From Treponemataceae bacterium (GTDB lineage: Bacteria; Spirochaetota; Spirochaetia; Treponematales; Rectinemataceae), in NCBI GenBank assembly GCA_963667725.2, contig CAXXHO010000003.1, forward strand, positions 960,001-1,024,000: 64,000 nt of DNA. Direction: 5' to 3'. Below the pieces are notes generated by a model. It did no database searches. It was given only the letters and a program-made list of their open reading frames with translations, and was not told where the DNA came from. The translations under genes and the position numbers were made by a program. This document shows, in pieces, positions 16,998 through 27,300 of the stretch. Numbering within the stretch: position 1 is the first letter of the stretch; every line of letters begins with the position of its first letter.

Positions 16998-19520
16998 ATG
17001 TTTTTAAAAAACGATCACAGCCTTAGGCTCCTTGATTTTTTCAGGATACGCGAGCGTACCGCCGAGTATTGCCTCTCCTGGGAGGGGGGCGAGCTTGTCC
17101 GCGCCTCGCTTCCCATCGACGACAAGGCTCTCCTTGAGCGCTTCAAGGCAGATATAGCCTCGCTATGCGACTTTCTCGCCTCCAGCGAGCTGCCTTCCTT
17201 TTCTTTTCCTCAGATAGCCGAGGCGCTGAAGCGCCTCGGGGCTTCGGGCATGACCCTCGAGCTGGAGGAACTCTTCGCCCTGGGCATCTGGACGAAGGAA
17301 TTCGACAGGCTTTTCGCCCTGCTCTCCAAGGTCGACTTTGCCGCGAAAAGGCAGGATGGCAAGAAGACAGAGGACGAAGAGGGCCCTATTGAGGAAAAGC
17401 GGGGATTCCATCCTCAAGAACTGGCCGAAAGATGGGCCGAATCGGAAGCCGAGGAACTGTTCGCCGCCGCGCCTAAGCTTCAGCATGTATCTAAAATCAT
17501 ATTCGATATTCTCACGCCGGACGGGGAGCTCCGCGATCTGCCAGAGATAAAGCGAATTAGGGACGCCATCGCCCGCGCCAACCGCGATCTGCTGACGATT
17601 TCCGACTCCTACCGGAACGATCCCGACCTCCGTTCGGTGCTTCAGTCCGACGAGCCTACCCAGCGCGACGGCAGGACCGTCCTGGCCGTGAGGGCTAATT
17701 TCAGGGGAAGGGTGAAGGGTATCGTCCACGAGGTTTCCTCCTCGGGGCAGACGGTCTTCATAGAGCCGGCCGCCCTCGTCGAGAAGAACAACGAACTCGT
17801 GCAGCTCGAAGCCCGGCTCAGGGCTGAAATTTTCCGTATTCTCAAGGAGACGACGGAGAAGGTCAGAAAGGACGCGCCTTCGATAGGGCAGGCCAGGATT
17901 CTCCTCGCCTACATGGACCAGCGCCTGGCTCGGGCGATCCAGATGAGACGCGAGGAACTCGTGCTGGCCGAGGTCGTCGACGCAGGGTTCACGATCTGGC
18001 GGGCTCGCCATCCCCTCTTAGGCAAGCGAGCCGTGCCCATCGATGTCGACGTGCCCGATCTGACCCGTACCCTCATCGTCACCGGACCCAACACGGGAGG
18101 CAAGACCGTCACGCTCAAGACTATCGGGCTTTTCGCCCTCATGCACCAGTTCGGGCTGGGGCTTCCGGCGGCCTTGGGCACGAAACTGCCCATATTCGAC
18201 GCCGTCCTGGCAGACATCGGCGACGAACAGTCCATCGACCAGTCCCTGTCCACCTTTTCCGGCCACATGAAGGTCATCGCCGATGTCGTGAAAAACGTCA
18301 GCTCCAGGAGCCTCGTCCTCCTCGACGAGCTGGGCGCCGGCACCGACCCCGAAGAGGGCTGCGCCATAGCCATGGGCCTCCTCGACTTTTTCATCGAGAA
18401 GGGCTGTCTCACCATGGCGACCACGCATCACGGCATCCTCAAGAACTATGGATACACCAGGCCGGGCTGCCTGAACGCCTGCATGGAATTCGATTCGACC
18501 CTCCTCGCGCCGACCTACCGCATTGTCATGGGCATCCCCGGGGAAAGCCGCGCCCTCGAGATCGCCGCGCAGACAGGGCTGGCGGCCGATATCGTGACGA
18601 GGGCGCGGCGCTACCTGAGCGACGAGCGTACCGATGTCGGGGAAATGATCAAGGGCCTGAACGAGAAGCACAGGGAACTCGATTCGCTCGAAAGGGAACA
18701 CAAGAAGCGGCTCAAGGCCGTCACCGAGGATAAGCGGAAGGCCGATCTCGCCGTGCTGCGGGTGCGCCAGCGGGAATCGGAGTTGCGCCGCAACGGTCTC
18801 TCCGACCTCAGGAACCTTCTTTCGGAAAGCAGAAAAACCCTCGAAAACCTCGTGCGCGAGCTTCGGGAATCGGGAGCGAATACCGACAAGACGAAGGACG
18901 TCAAGAAATTCCTCGCCGATCTGGCGGAATCCGTCGAGAAACAGTACGGGGTCCTGGAGAGCGAAGAGCTGGAGGCCAAGGCCGAACTCAAGGCGAGGGT
19001 TCAGCCGGTCGATGCGGACTCTGTGCCTGGCGAGGCTTCTTCCGGAAAGAAGGCGCGCGCAGTCTTCGCCGAGGGCGAAGAGGTGATGTACGGACCTTAC
19101 AGAAAGAGGGCTCGACTGATCAGGAAGGCCTCGGGCGGCAAATGCGTCATCGAAATCGGCTCCATGCGCCTCACGGTCGCCAAAACCGACCTTACGCCCG
19201 TCGAGGAAAAGAAATCCGACAGGCCCGTCTACGATGTTGAGCTAGCTCCCGAGGGCGCTGAGGGGTCGGCGCGCGCGAGTTTCGAGCTCGACCTGCGCGG
19301 ATTCCGCCTCCTCGAGGCTATCGGCGCCGTGGAACGGCAGATCGATGCGGCCAGCCTCCAGGGCTTGAGCCTATTTTCCATAATTCATGGCACGGGGGAG
19401 GGGGTTCTAGGCAAGGGCATCCACGACTATCTCAGGTCCAGCCCCGCCGTCGAAGATTATCATTTCGCCAGGCCGGAAGAGGGAGGATACGGCAAGACGA
19501 TCGTCAGACTAAAGGCGTAG
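16998..19520 (+). CDS. mutS2: Endonuclease MutS2
   Basis: SSSGQTVFIEP, TGPNTGGKT, QSLSTFSGH, LLDELGAGTDPEEG and a C-terminal Smr domain (LDLRG...IIHGTGEG). Confidence 0.95.
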   Translation: MFLKNDHSLRLLDFFRIRERTAEYCLSWEGGELVRASLPIDDKALLERFKADIASLCDFLASSELPSFSFPQIAEALKRLGASGMTLELEELFALGIWTKEFDRLFALLSKVDFAAKRQDGKKTEDEEGPIEEKRGFHPQELAERWAESEAEELFAAAPKLQHVSKIIFDILTPDGELRDLPEIKRIRDAIARANRDLLTISDSYRNDPDLRSVLQSDEPTQRDGRTVLAVRANFRGRVKGIVHEVSSSGQTVFIEPAALVEKNNELVQLEARLRAEIFRILKETTEKVRKDAPSIGQARILLAYMDQRLARAIQMRREELVLAEVVDAGFTIWRARHPLLGKRAVPIDVDVPDLTRTLIVTGPNTGGKTVTLKTIGLFALMHQFGLGLPAALGTKLPIFDAVLADIGDEQSIDQSLSTFSGHMKVIADVVKNVSSRSLVLLDELGAGTDPEEGCAIAMGLLDFFIEKGCLTMATTHHGILKNYGYTRPGCLNACMEFDSTLLAPTYRIVMGIPGESRALEIAAQTGLAADIVTRARRYLSDERTDVGEMIKGLNEKHRELDSLEREHKKRLKAVTEDKRKADLAVLRVRQRESELRRNGLSDLRNLLSESRKTLENLVRELRESGANTDKTKDVKKFLADLAESVEKQYGVLESEELEAKAELKARVQPVDADSVPGEASSGKKARAVFAEGEEVMYGPYRKRARLIRKASGGKCVIEIGSMRLTVAKTDLTPVEEKKSDRPVYDVELAPEGAEGSARASFELDLRGFRLLEAIGAVERQIDAASLQGLSLFSIIHGTGEGVLGKGIHDYLRSSPAVEDYHFARPEEGGYGKTIVRLKA

Positions 19521-19550
19521 TTGACAGTTATTTCGTTGCTATGCTATCGT
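19521..19550 (+). promoter_or_regulatory. Sigma70 promoter for yebC-ruvC
   Basis: TTGACA-18 nt-TATCGT with an extended TG. AAGGAG Shine-Dalgarno before ATG 19587. Confidence 0.6.
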
Positions 19551-19586
19551 TTTGCGTCATTTGTTGGGTTTATATAAGGAGATCCT

Positions 19587-20321
19587 ATGTCCGGTCATAG
19601 TAAATGGGCGACCATAAAGCACAAAAAGGGACTGGCCGACGCCAAGCGCGGTCAGATGTTTACCAAGTTCATCAAGGAAATTTCCATAGCCGCCAGGATG
19701 GGCGGCGGCGACCCGGACATGAATCCACGTTTGCGCACTTCAATTCTGAAGGCGAGAGCCGCGAACATGCCCAAGGACAATATCGACCGTGCCATAAAGA
19801 AGGGCGCGGGAGAGCTTGAAGGCGTCAACTACGAAGAGCTCGTCTACGAAGCCTACGCTCCCGGCGGCGGCGCGATGCTCATCGAGGTCCTCACCGAGAA
19901 CAAGAACCGCGCGGCGGCCGAAATCCGCAATCTTCTCACCCGATCCGGCGCCAACCTCGGGACCTCCGGCTCCGTTTCCTACCTTTTCAAGCGCAAGGGC
20001 GTCCTGACCTACGACGCCGAAGTCTATTCCGAAGACCAGATCATGGAAGCGGCCCTCGAAGCCGGCGCCGACGACATCGTCAGCGAGGAAGGGACCGTCT
20101 CCGTCTATACCGATCCCGCCACCTTCGAAGACGTGCTCAACGCCATGAACGCCAAGAATTTCGCGACGCTCGGCGCCGAAATCTCGATGATCCCCGATGT
20201 GTATCTGGCCCTCGATGCCGAAGCGGCGGGCAAAGTGCAGAAAATCATCGACAGGCTCGAAGAGAACGAAGACGTTCAGAACGTCTATCACAACATGGAA
20301 CTTCCCGAATCAGAAGAGTGA
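19587..20321 (+). CDS. yebC: YebC/PmpR family protein
   Basis: MSGHSKWATIKHKK, NMPKDNIDRAI, YEAYAPGG and DVQNVYHN. Confidence 0.96.
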   Translation: MSGHSKWATIKHKKGLADAKRGQMFTKFIKEISIAARMGGGDPDMNPRLRTSILKARAANMPKDNIDRAIKKGAGELEGVNYEELVYEAYAPGGGAMLIEVLTENKNRAAAEIRNLLTRSGANLGTSGSVSYLFKRKGVLTYDAEVYSEDQIMEAALEAGADDIVSEEGTVSVYTDPATFEDVLNAMNAKNFATLGAEISMIPDVYLALDAEAAGKVQKIIDRLEENEDVQNVYHNMELPESEE

Positions 20322-20863
20322 GGGATGACAAGGCCGGGACTATGATGTCGGCGCGGATCCGCAGTGAGCGGATCATCATCGGCATCGATCCCGGCCTCGC
20401 CTCGCTGGGCTATGGCCTTATCGTTGAGGGCAAAAACGGCCAGATCAGGCACCTTGCCCACGGCTGCGTCAAGACATCTTCCGAAATGCCGTCAGCCGAA
20501 AGGCTCCAGATCATCTTCAACGAAATACATTCCATTCTTACCCTCTACAAGCCCGACGTGGGCGGCATCGAGGATTTATATTTCTTCCGCAACGTCAGCT
20601 CCGCCCTGCCCGTGGCCGAGGCTAGGGGCGTCATCAAACTGGCCTTTATCCTGGCCTCCGTGCCCCTTGCCGAGTTCACTCCCAACGCCATCAAGAAAGC
20701 CGTGACGGGGACGGCGAGGGCCGACAAGGCTCAGGTGCAGGAGATGGTGAGGATTCTGCTCGGGCTCGAGAAGAAACCCTCTCCTGATCACGCCGCCGAC
20801 GCCCTGGCCGCCGCCATATGCAGACTGCATTCCGAAGGTCCCGTAGGCATTTCCCTTTCCTGA
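20318..20863 (+). CDS. ruvC: Holliday junction resolvase RuvC
   Basis: IGIDPG, GIEDLYF, EARGV, KKAVTG and PDHAADALAAAI. Confidence 0.95.
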   Translation: MRDDKAGTMMSARIRSERIIIGIDPGLASLGYGLIVEGKNGQIRHLAHGCVKTSSEMPSAERLQIIFNEIHSILTLYKPDVGGIEDLYFFRNVSSALPVAEARGVIKLAFILASVPLAEFTPNAIKKAVTGTARADKAQVQEMVRILLGLEKKPSPDHAADALAAAICRLHSEGPVGISLS

Positions 20864-20939
20864 GATAGTCCCGACATTAAGCCGGCTCAGCGTCCCCCGC
20901 TCTGGCGCAGGCGGCGCGAAACCTGCTATACTTCCCTCA

Positions 20940-21572
20940 ATGTTCAATAGAATACTGGGTCTTCTTTCTGGCCGCTCGGCCGGTTCCATATTCGTCCTCA
21001 CCGGCGGCATCGAATGGGATATCGCCGTTCCCGCGCGCGCCTCAGGGCTTTTCGGCCCGGCGGGCGAGCAGACCGAGGTTTTCGTCTGGCTTCATCATTA
21101 CGAGGACGGCATGAAGCTCTTCGGCTTTCCGTCGGAACACGAACGCGCGATATTCCTCGATCTCATGAAGGTGGAAGGCATCGGGCCCAAGCAGGCGCTC
21201 AAGATACTATCGGGGATTTCCCCGACGGATCTGGCCGCCGCCCTCGACGCGGGCAATCTCTCGGCTCTCCAGAAAATTTCCGGCGTGGGGCCCAAGATGG
21301 CCCAGAAGATGGTCCTGGCCCTCAAGGGGCGGCTCGTCGACCTAAAAGCCGAAGGGGAGGCCGCCGCGCCTTCTTCGCCCTGGGCCGATGTGGTGAGCGC
21401 GCTCGCCGACATGGGCTTCGACAGGAAATCGGTGGAGGCATCGGTGCGGAAGCTTTCGGCCGACATTCCGTCGGGGACTGACGGATCGTCGGGAGCCGCC
21501 GGTTCGCCATCCGGCGAGCGTGAACTCTTCAGGCGCGCCCTCCTCGACCTTTCCGCCGGGGGCTCCAAATGA
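20940..21572 (+). CDS. ruvA: Holliday junction branch migration protein RuvA
   Basis: [28 protein letters not shown] and ALADMGF. Located between ruvC and ruvB. Confidence 0.93.
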   Translation: MFNRILGLLSGRSAGSIFVLTGGIEWDIAVPARASGLFGPAGEQTEVFVWLHHYEDGMKLFGFPSEHERAIFLDLMKVEGIGPKQALKILSGISPTDLAAALDAGNLSALQKISGVGPKMAQKMVLALKGRLVDLKAEGEAAAPSSPWADVVSALADMGFDRKSVEASVRKLSADIPSGTDGSSGAAGSPSGERELFRRALLDLSAGGSK

Positions 21573-22624
21573 GGAAGACATCGGCTGAGAATCCGGATTT
21601 CGACATGAAAAGCGGCGCCATGGATCCCAATTTCGATCCCGCCGAAGATGAGCGCGAAGCGACTCTGCGGCCTCACGTCCTCTCGGAATTCCAGGGGCAG
21701 GCGCGCATAAAGGAAAACCTTTCGATATTCATCAGGGCGGCCACCGAACGCGGCGAACCCCTGGACCATCTTTTCCTCATGGGGCCCCCCGGGCTCGGAA
21801 AGACCACGCTCGCCCTTGTCGTGGCCTCCGAGATGGGCTCGGATTTCAAGCCCACCAGCGCTCCCGCCCTGGAAAAGCCCAAGGACCTCGCCGGCATCCT
21901 GACGACGCTGCGGCCGGGATCCGTCTTTTTCATCGATGAAATCCACAGGCTCAAGCCCGCTATCGAGGAAATGCTCTATATCGCCATGGAGGATTTCGAG
22001 CTGGACTGGATTATCGGCCAGGGACCCTCAGCGAGGACGGTGCGCGTGCCTGTGCCGCCCTTTACCCTCATCGGCGCGACGACGAAGGCCGGCATGGTTT
22101 CGGCCCCTCTGGCGAGCCGCTTCGGCATTTCCCTGAGGTTCGACTATTACAGCCCCGAGGAGCTGGAACTCGTCATCAACCGCTCCGCCTCGATACTGGC
22201 CATAAAAATCGGCAGGGAAGCCGTGAGGCTTCTGGCGTCCACGAGCCGCGGCACCCCGCGCATCGCGAACAGGCTCCTGCGCCGCATGAGGGATTTCGCC
22301 CAGGTGGCCGGCAAGGATTCCATCGACATCGAGGTCGTGAGGGAAGGGCTGTCCCGCCTCGAAGTGGACGAACTCGGCCTCGAACGTCTCGACAGGGATA
22401 TCCTGAGGGCAATAATCTCGAAATATGCCGGCGGACCCGTGGGGGCGGAGACTCTGGCCATAACGGTCGGAGAGGGCGTCGACAGCCTCGAAGATTACTA
22501 CGAACCCTTCCTCATTCAGGCGGGACTCTTGGCGAGAACGCCGCGGGGACGCATAGCGACGCCGTTCGCATATAAACATCTAGGCATGGAGTACAGCAGT
22601 GAGAACGGAAGACTTCAATTTTAA
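21569..22624 (+). CDS. ruvB: Holliday junction branch migration ATPase RuvB
   Basis: [37 protein letters not shown] and RTPRGR. Confidence 0.97.
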   Translation: MRKTSAENPDFDMKSGAMDPNFDPAEDEREATLRPHVLSEFQGQARIKENLSIFIRAATERGEPLDHLFLMGPPGLGKTTLALVVASEMGSDFKPTSAPALEKPKDLAGILTTLRPGSVFFIDEIHRLKPAIEEMLYIAMEDFELDWIIGQGPSARTVRVPVPPFTLIGATTKAGMVSAPLASRFGISLRFDYYSPEELELVINRSASILAIKIGREAVRLLASTSRGTPRIANRLLRRMRDFAQVAGKDSIDIEVVREGLSRLEVDELGLERLDRDILRAIISKYAGGPVGAETLAITVGEGVDSLEDYYEPFLIQAGLLARTPRGRIATPFAYKHLGMEYSSENGRLQF

Positions 22625-23642
22625 CCTTCCCGAAAAGTCGATAGCCCAGTATCCGACCGAAAAGCGGGGCGAGTCGCGGCTTCTGGTCCTGGACCGCGCC
22701 AGCGGAAGACGTACGCATTCGATGGTGTCCGACGTGGCGAGCTTCCTCGAACCGGGTACCCTCATGGTATTCAACGATTCCAAGGTCAGGAAGGCGAGGC
22801 TTTACGGCACGGCGCTCGACACTGGCGCCAAGGTGGAATTCCTCCTTCTCTCTCCTGTAGGCGGACAAATAGGCCCCGCGGTTTCAGCGACTTCCTGGAT
22901 CGCCATGGCCAGCAAGGCCAGACGACAAAAAATCGGAAGAACCTATCTTTTCCCGGGCGGAATAAAGGGCAGCGTCGTCGGGGAAAAAGCCGACGAAAAA
23001 ATAATCGAGTTCGACCTTCCCGTGGGGGACGCATACCTGGACCTCAATGGCCATATCCCTCTTCCTCCCTACATAAAGAGAGACGACGAGACGGCCGACT
23101 CCGACAGGTACCAGACAGTCTATGCCAGAACGACGGGCTCGGCGGCATGCCCCACCGCCGGACTTCATTTTACCGAGTCTATCCTCGCTTCAATAGCGGC
23201 TGCCGGTATCCAGATGGAATGGGTTACCCTTCATGTGGGGCTTGGGACCTTCCTGCCCGTTCGCGCGGAACAGATCGAGCAGCACAGGATGCACGAGGAA
23301 TGGTACTCCGTATCCGAAAAGACGTCGGCCGCGGTCAACGCCGCGAAGAAGGAGGGACGCAAGATCCTCGCCGTCGGAACGACGAGCCTGAGGACGCTGG
23401 AATCCGCGTGGGGTTGCGAAGGCCTGCGTGCCGGCGCCTCAAGCACGAGCATATTCATCTATCCCGGATATCGTTTCAACGTAATAGATCAACTCTTCAC
23501 GAATTTCCACACGCCCATGTCCACGCTGCTCATGCTCGTATCGGCTTTCGCCGGAAGGGAAAGCATCCTGGACACCTATGCCGAGGCCATCGAGAAAGGA
23601 TACAGGTTCTTCAGCTACGGCGACGCCATGCTTATCCGCTGA
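22599..23642 (+). CDS. queA: SAM:tRNA ribosyltransferase-isomerase QueA
   Basis: [36 protein letters not shown] and [11 protein letters not shown]. Confidence 0.97.
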   Translation: MRTEDFNFNLPEKSIAQYPTEKRGESRLLVLDRASGRRTHSMVSDVASFLEPGTLMVFNDSKVRKARLYGTALDTGAKVEFLLLSPVGGQIGPAVSATSWIAMASKARRQKIGRTYLFPGGIKGSVVGEKADEKIIEFDLPVGDAYLDLNGHIPLPPYIKRDDETADSDRYQTVYARTTGSAACPTAGLHFTESILASIAAAGIQMEWVTLHVGLGTFLPVRAEQIEQHRMHEEWYSVSEKTSAAVNAAKKEGRKILAVGTTSLRTLESAWGCEGLRAGASSTSIFIYPGYRFNVIDQLFTNFHTPMSTLLMLVSAFAGRESILDTYAEAIEKGYRFFSYGDAMLIR

Positions 23643-23652
23643 TCATTATTCG

Positions 23653-23726
23653 AGACTCTTCTGGAGACCCGTCTCCAGAAGAGTCTATAGACGGGTCTCC
23701 AGACGAGTTTCCAGATGAGTCTCCAA
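23653..23726. repeat. Perfect 16-bp inverted repeat joined to 12-nt tandem repeats at the queA/tmk convergence; possible bidirectional terminator
   Basis: agactcttctggagac-cc-gtctccagaagagtct (23653-23686), followed by acgggtctccag / acgagtttccag / atgagtctccaa. Confidence 0.8.
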
Positions 23727-24338
23727 GGCTAGGAATATCTGTCTAGTGACATCGTCCATGGATTTTTCCGCGTCTATCACCGCGATGTTCCATCCGGCGG
23801 CCTTCGCGTCGGCCAGCGCTTCCTCATATGCCGCGCTCACCTGCTTCTGGATGTGCAGTTTTTCATAAATCTCCAGCTGATCCCTGGCGCTGACCCTGCG
23901 CATGGCTGTTTCCGGATCGATTTTGAAGAAAATTGTGAGTCCGGGAATGGGGAATACCTCGTTGAGACGCCTCGGAAGATCCTTGCCGCAGGCGATGCCC
24001 TGATAGGCGAGGCTGGACAGGGAATAACGGTCGCAGACGACGATTTTCCCCCCCTTGGTCGCGCTGAGAATGCCTTCTTCCCCAAAAACATGCTGATAAC
24101 GATCCGCGGCAAAGAGATAGGCCACCGTGCCTGGTTCGGCCTTGATGTCTCCCCTGAGGACGCGTCGGATGAGGACGCCTTCGGGGCGAGACGTTGGTTC
24201 CGCGGTGATCATATGGGGAATGGCGTTCTTCTCCATCATCGAAGAAAGCCTTCGCATCTGCGTCGTCGTCCCGGAACCGTCAATGCCTTCAAAAACGATG
24301 AAGTTTTTTATGGCCGTTACTGTGTCATAGCTTTGCAT
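23685..24338 (-). CDS. tmk: Thymidylate kinase
   Basis: FIVFEGIDGSGTTTQ, EP, LFAADR and DRYSLSSLAYQ. Confidence 0.95.
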   Translation of the reverse strand: MQSYDTVTAIKNFIVFEGIDGSGTTTQMRRLSSMMEKNAIPHMITAEPTSRPEGVLIRRVLRGDIKAEPGTVAYLFAADRYQHVFGEEGILSATKGGKIVVCDRYSLSSLAYQGIACGKDLPRRLNEVFPIPGLTIFFKIDPETAMRRVSARDQLEIYEKLHIQKQVSAAYEEALADAKAAGWNIAVIDAEKSMDDVTRQIFLALETHLETRLETRL

Positions 24339-24391
24339 GATGTGTTAGTATATAGGGCGCAGCCCATATTTTCTATGCAGGAATTGATCGG

Positions 24392-27300
24392 ATGGCACGA
24401 AAAAGCGCTAAATTGGCCTGGGCCGTCATAATCGCGGTTCTGGTCGCAGGAATACTCGCGGTGTACACCGTACCACGTGTGCGGAAGTATGCCGATAGGC
24501 GCATCGAAACCGTCATCAGTTCTCTTCAGGATACCGTTTTTTCGATCACGGGCCTCAGACTGGGTTATGGATACGCCGCGCTTTCCTCATCCAGCCGCGT
24601 ATCCATCCACGATATAGAGCTTTTCCAGGAAACCGCCGACGATTATTCCGTTCTGCGCCGCAAAGTGATTTCGGCGGGAGACCTGGAGCTGCGCATCGAC
24701 CTATGGGCCGCGATTTTCGGAAAGCCGGCCGACATCATCAGGGAAATACGGGTCTCCGCCATAAGCATCGACCTGGAATTTCCCGACGATTTCAGCATTT
24801 ACAACAACATCAGCAAGTACCTGGCCGATCAGCCGGCCGGCGAAATGCCGCGTCTCTCCATCGACCTCAGCGATATCTCAATCGGCATCCGCGATGGCGA
24901 GAGAGGTAAATACGGCGCGTCCATATCTTCGCTCCAGGTATCCACGATCTCCGGTCTCCTGGAATTGGTCGCTCCTTCAGCGATTGTTTTCGCCTCCGTT
25001 CCCGCCGCCGAGGCGCAGGAAGTTTTCCTGCAGGTGACGATGGCCAGGGTATCCATGCCGAGCGATTCTTCCGGACTTACGGCTTCCCTGGGGCTTTCGG
25101 CGCGCTATGGAACCATGACGCTGGCCGAACAGAAGATAGCCATCGCGAAATCGGGCGAAAAGTTCGAACTGAAGCTGGGGAACGGAAACGGTCTCGAAGG
25201 GGTTCTGCGGTATACGCCCGGGCAGGAAGCGCTGGATGGCGAAATTAGGCTGAAGGAGTATAGACCCGAAGCCGACCTGTCCGGATTCGATGCCGTCCTC
25301 AAGGATTTGTTCGGGCTTAAATATCAAGGTGAAGTCCTTTTTTCCTACGGAAAAGACGGGTTGTCCTATGAAGGTCGTCTGCAGGCCGCCGGGGAAGCGG
25401 GTAAGCGCGTGGGCGGGCTGTCGGCGGAAGGGGCCGAGCTGGAAGCCGTCGGGAAGGGAAACGCGGAGGGACTGGAAGAACTGCGGCTCAGGGGCAGGGC
25501 GGGCGACTATACGCTGGCGTATGAAGGCCCGCTGGACTATCAGGGGCTGAAAATTATCGGCGCAGTGTCCCTCTCCGCCGGTGATGAAACCGTTCGGGGA
25601 GAACTCAAGGGCGAGAACGGAAGCTACGCGCTGTCGGTTGGGGATGCCGTCCTGAAGGGCTTTAAGATAAGCGACTTGATGGCCGGAGTAGAGAAGCGGG
25701 GCGATATCTACAGCCTGAGGCTCAAGGGTGAGCTGGAGAAGGACGGCCAGTCCGTATCTCTTGATGGTACTGGAAAATACGGAACGGAACTGAGCTTCAA
25801 AATCAAGCTTGCGTACCAGGACAGGTCTTACCTCCTGGAAGGAACCTATGGGAAGGGGCTGGTAAGCCTGAACGGCGGTTACGGGCTTAGCGGTGAGGTG
25901 CGATTCCTCGATGAAGGAGCCTTCAGCGGAAGCATCAAGGCCCAGGGTCTGCCATTGGCCGTGGATGGCGGCGTTCTTTACCTGGATCTGTCGCTGCGCG
26001 GCAATTATGCGGCGAACGGGATCTGGAAGGTTGAAGGCGATGAAGTCCGGGTGCGGTACGAAGGGAAGGGAGAAATCCCGGCAATAGGGCTGAAGGGCTT
26101 GAAACTCGACGCGGGAAAGCTGTCCGTGAAAACTTTATCCCTGCAGGGCAATGGCTACGGCCTTTCCGGCGGCCTAAGGGGAAGTTACGGAGAAAAGGCC
26201 TTGGAGGGTTCAGCCTCCCTTGTCGGGGAAGGAATGCTTGGCGGCGGAACGGCTCGTTATGAGCTGAGTCTGGGCTACGGCGAAGGCAGCGGAAAGCTGA
26301 AGCTTCAGGTGGACGGCTATGATCTAGGGCTTATCGGCGTGGATGGCTACCGGGCAAAAGCCCTGCTCGAGGGATCCGGGGAACTGTCGCTCGAGGAACT
26401 GCTCCGCGGTGAGTACGGGAGGCTGGACGGCTGGGTGCTGAAGGGCAAAGCCGGCCTCGCGGGCAGCGCCGGCCTCGCGAGCAGCGCCGTGTCGATTTCC
26501 GATCAGAGGCTGGAGCTGAGCAAAGCCGGCAAAGAGCTTTCGCTGAAGATTGGGAACGGGAGAGGTTTTGACGCGATCCTGCGATATGCGCTTGGCGAAG
26601 AATCCGTGACCGGAGCGGTCACGCTGAAAGGGTATAAGCCGGAGGGCGATGTCCTGGGACTGGCGGGCGCGCTGAAGGAGCTTCTCGCGCTGCGCTACGA
26701 TGGCGGAGCCTCGTTTGCGTACGATAAAAGCGGATTGAGGTACGAGGGCGACGTTTTCGTGAAGGGCGAGACAGGGCAGAAAGTGAGCGGCCTACCGGTG
26801 GCGGGCGCGAGCGTGGAGCTTGCCGGAAAGGGAAATGAGCGGGGATTTGGGGAAATAGCCGTCAAGGGAATACTTGGCGATTACAGGATTGGCTATGAAG
26901 GTTCGTTCGGCTATGAGGGACTGGCGGCGGCCGGCGAGATCTCGCTCTCGAAAGACGGGGAAGCGCTGCGTGGGACGGTAAAGGGCGAGCGAGGAACCTA
27001 TGACGTGACCGTCGGGGCGGGTCTCCTTGGTGGAGTTGAGCTTAAAAATCTGACGGCGGGTATTAAAAGCGAAGCCGATAGATACGGGCTCAGGCTGAAG
27101 ACGGAAATAGGAGCGGGCAGAGTCGAGGGCGATGGATTTATCCTGAAGGGGAATTCCGACTACGAATGGCGGATGAACCTCCAGGACTTGGATATGCTGG
27201 GTATATTGAGTGTCGCGCGGGGCTTCGGGGTCCAGCTGTCCGCGGACGGAATCGGGCAGGCGTCGCTGAGCGGAAGCCTGAGCATCAAGGGAGACAAGGG

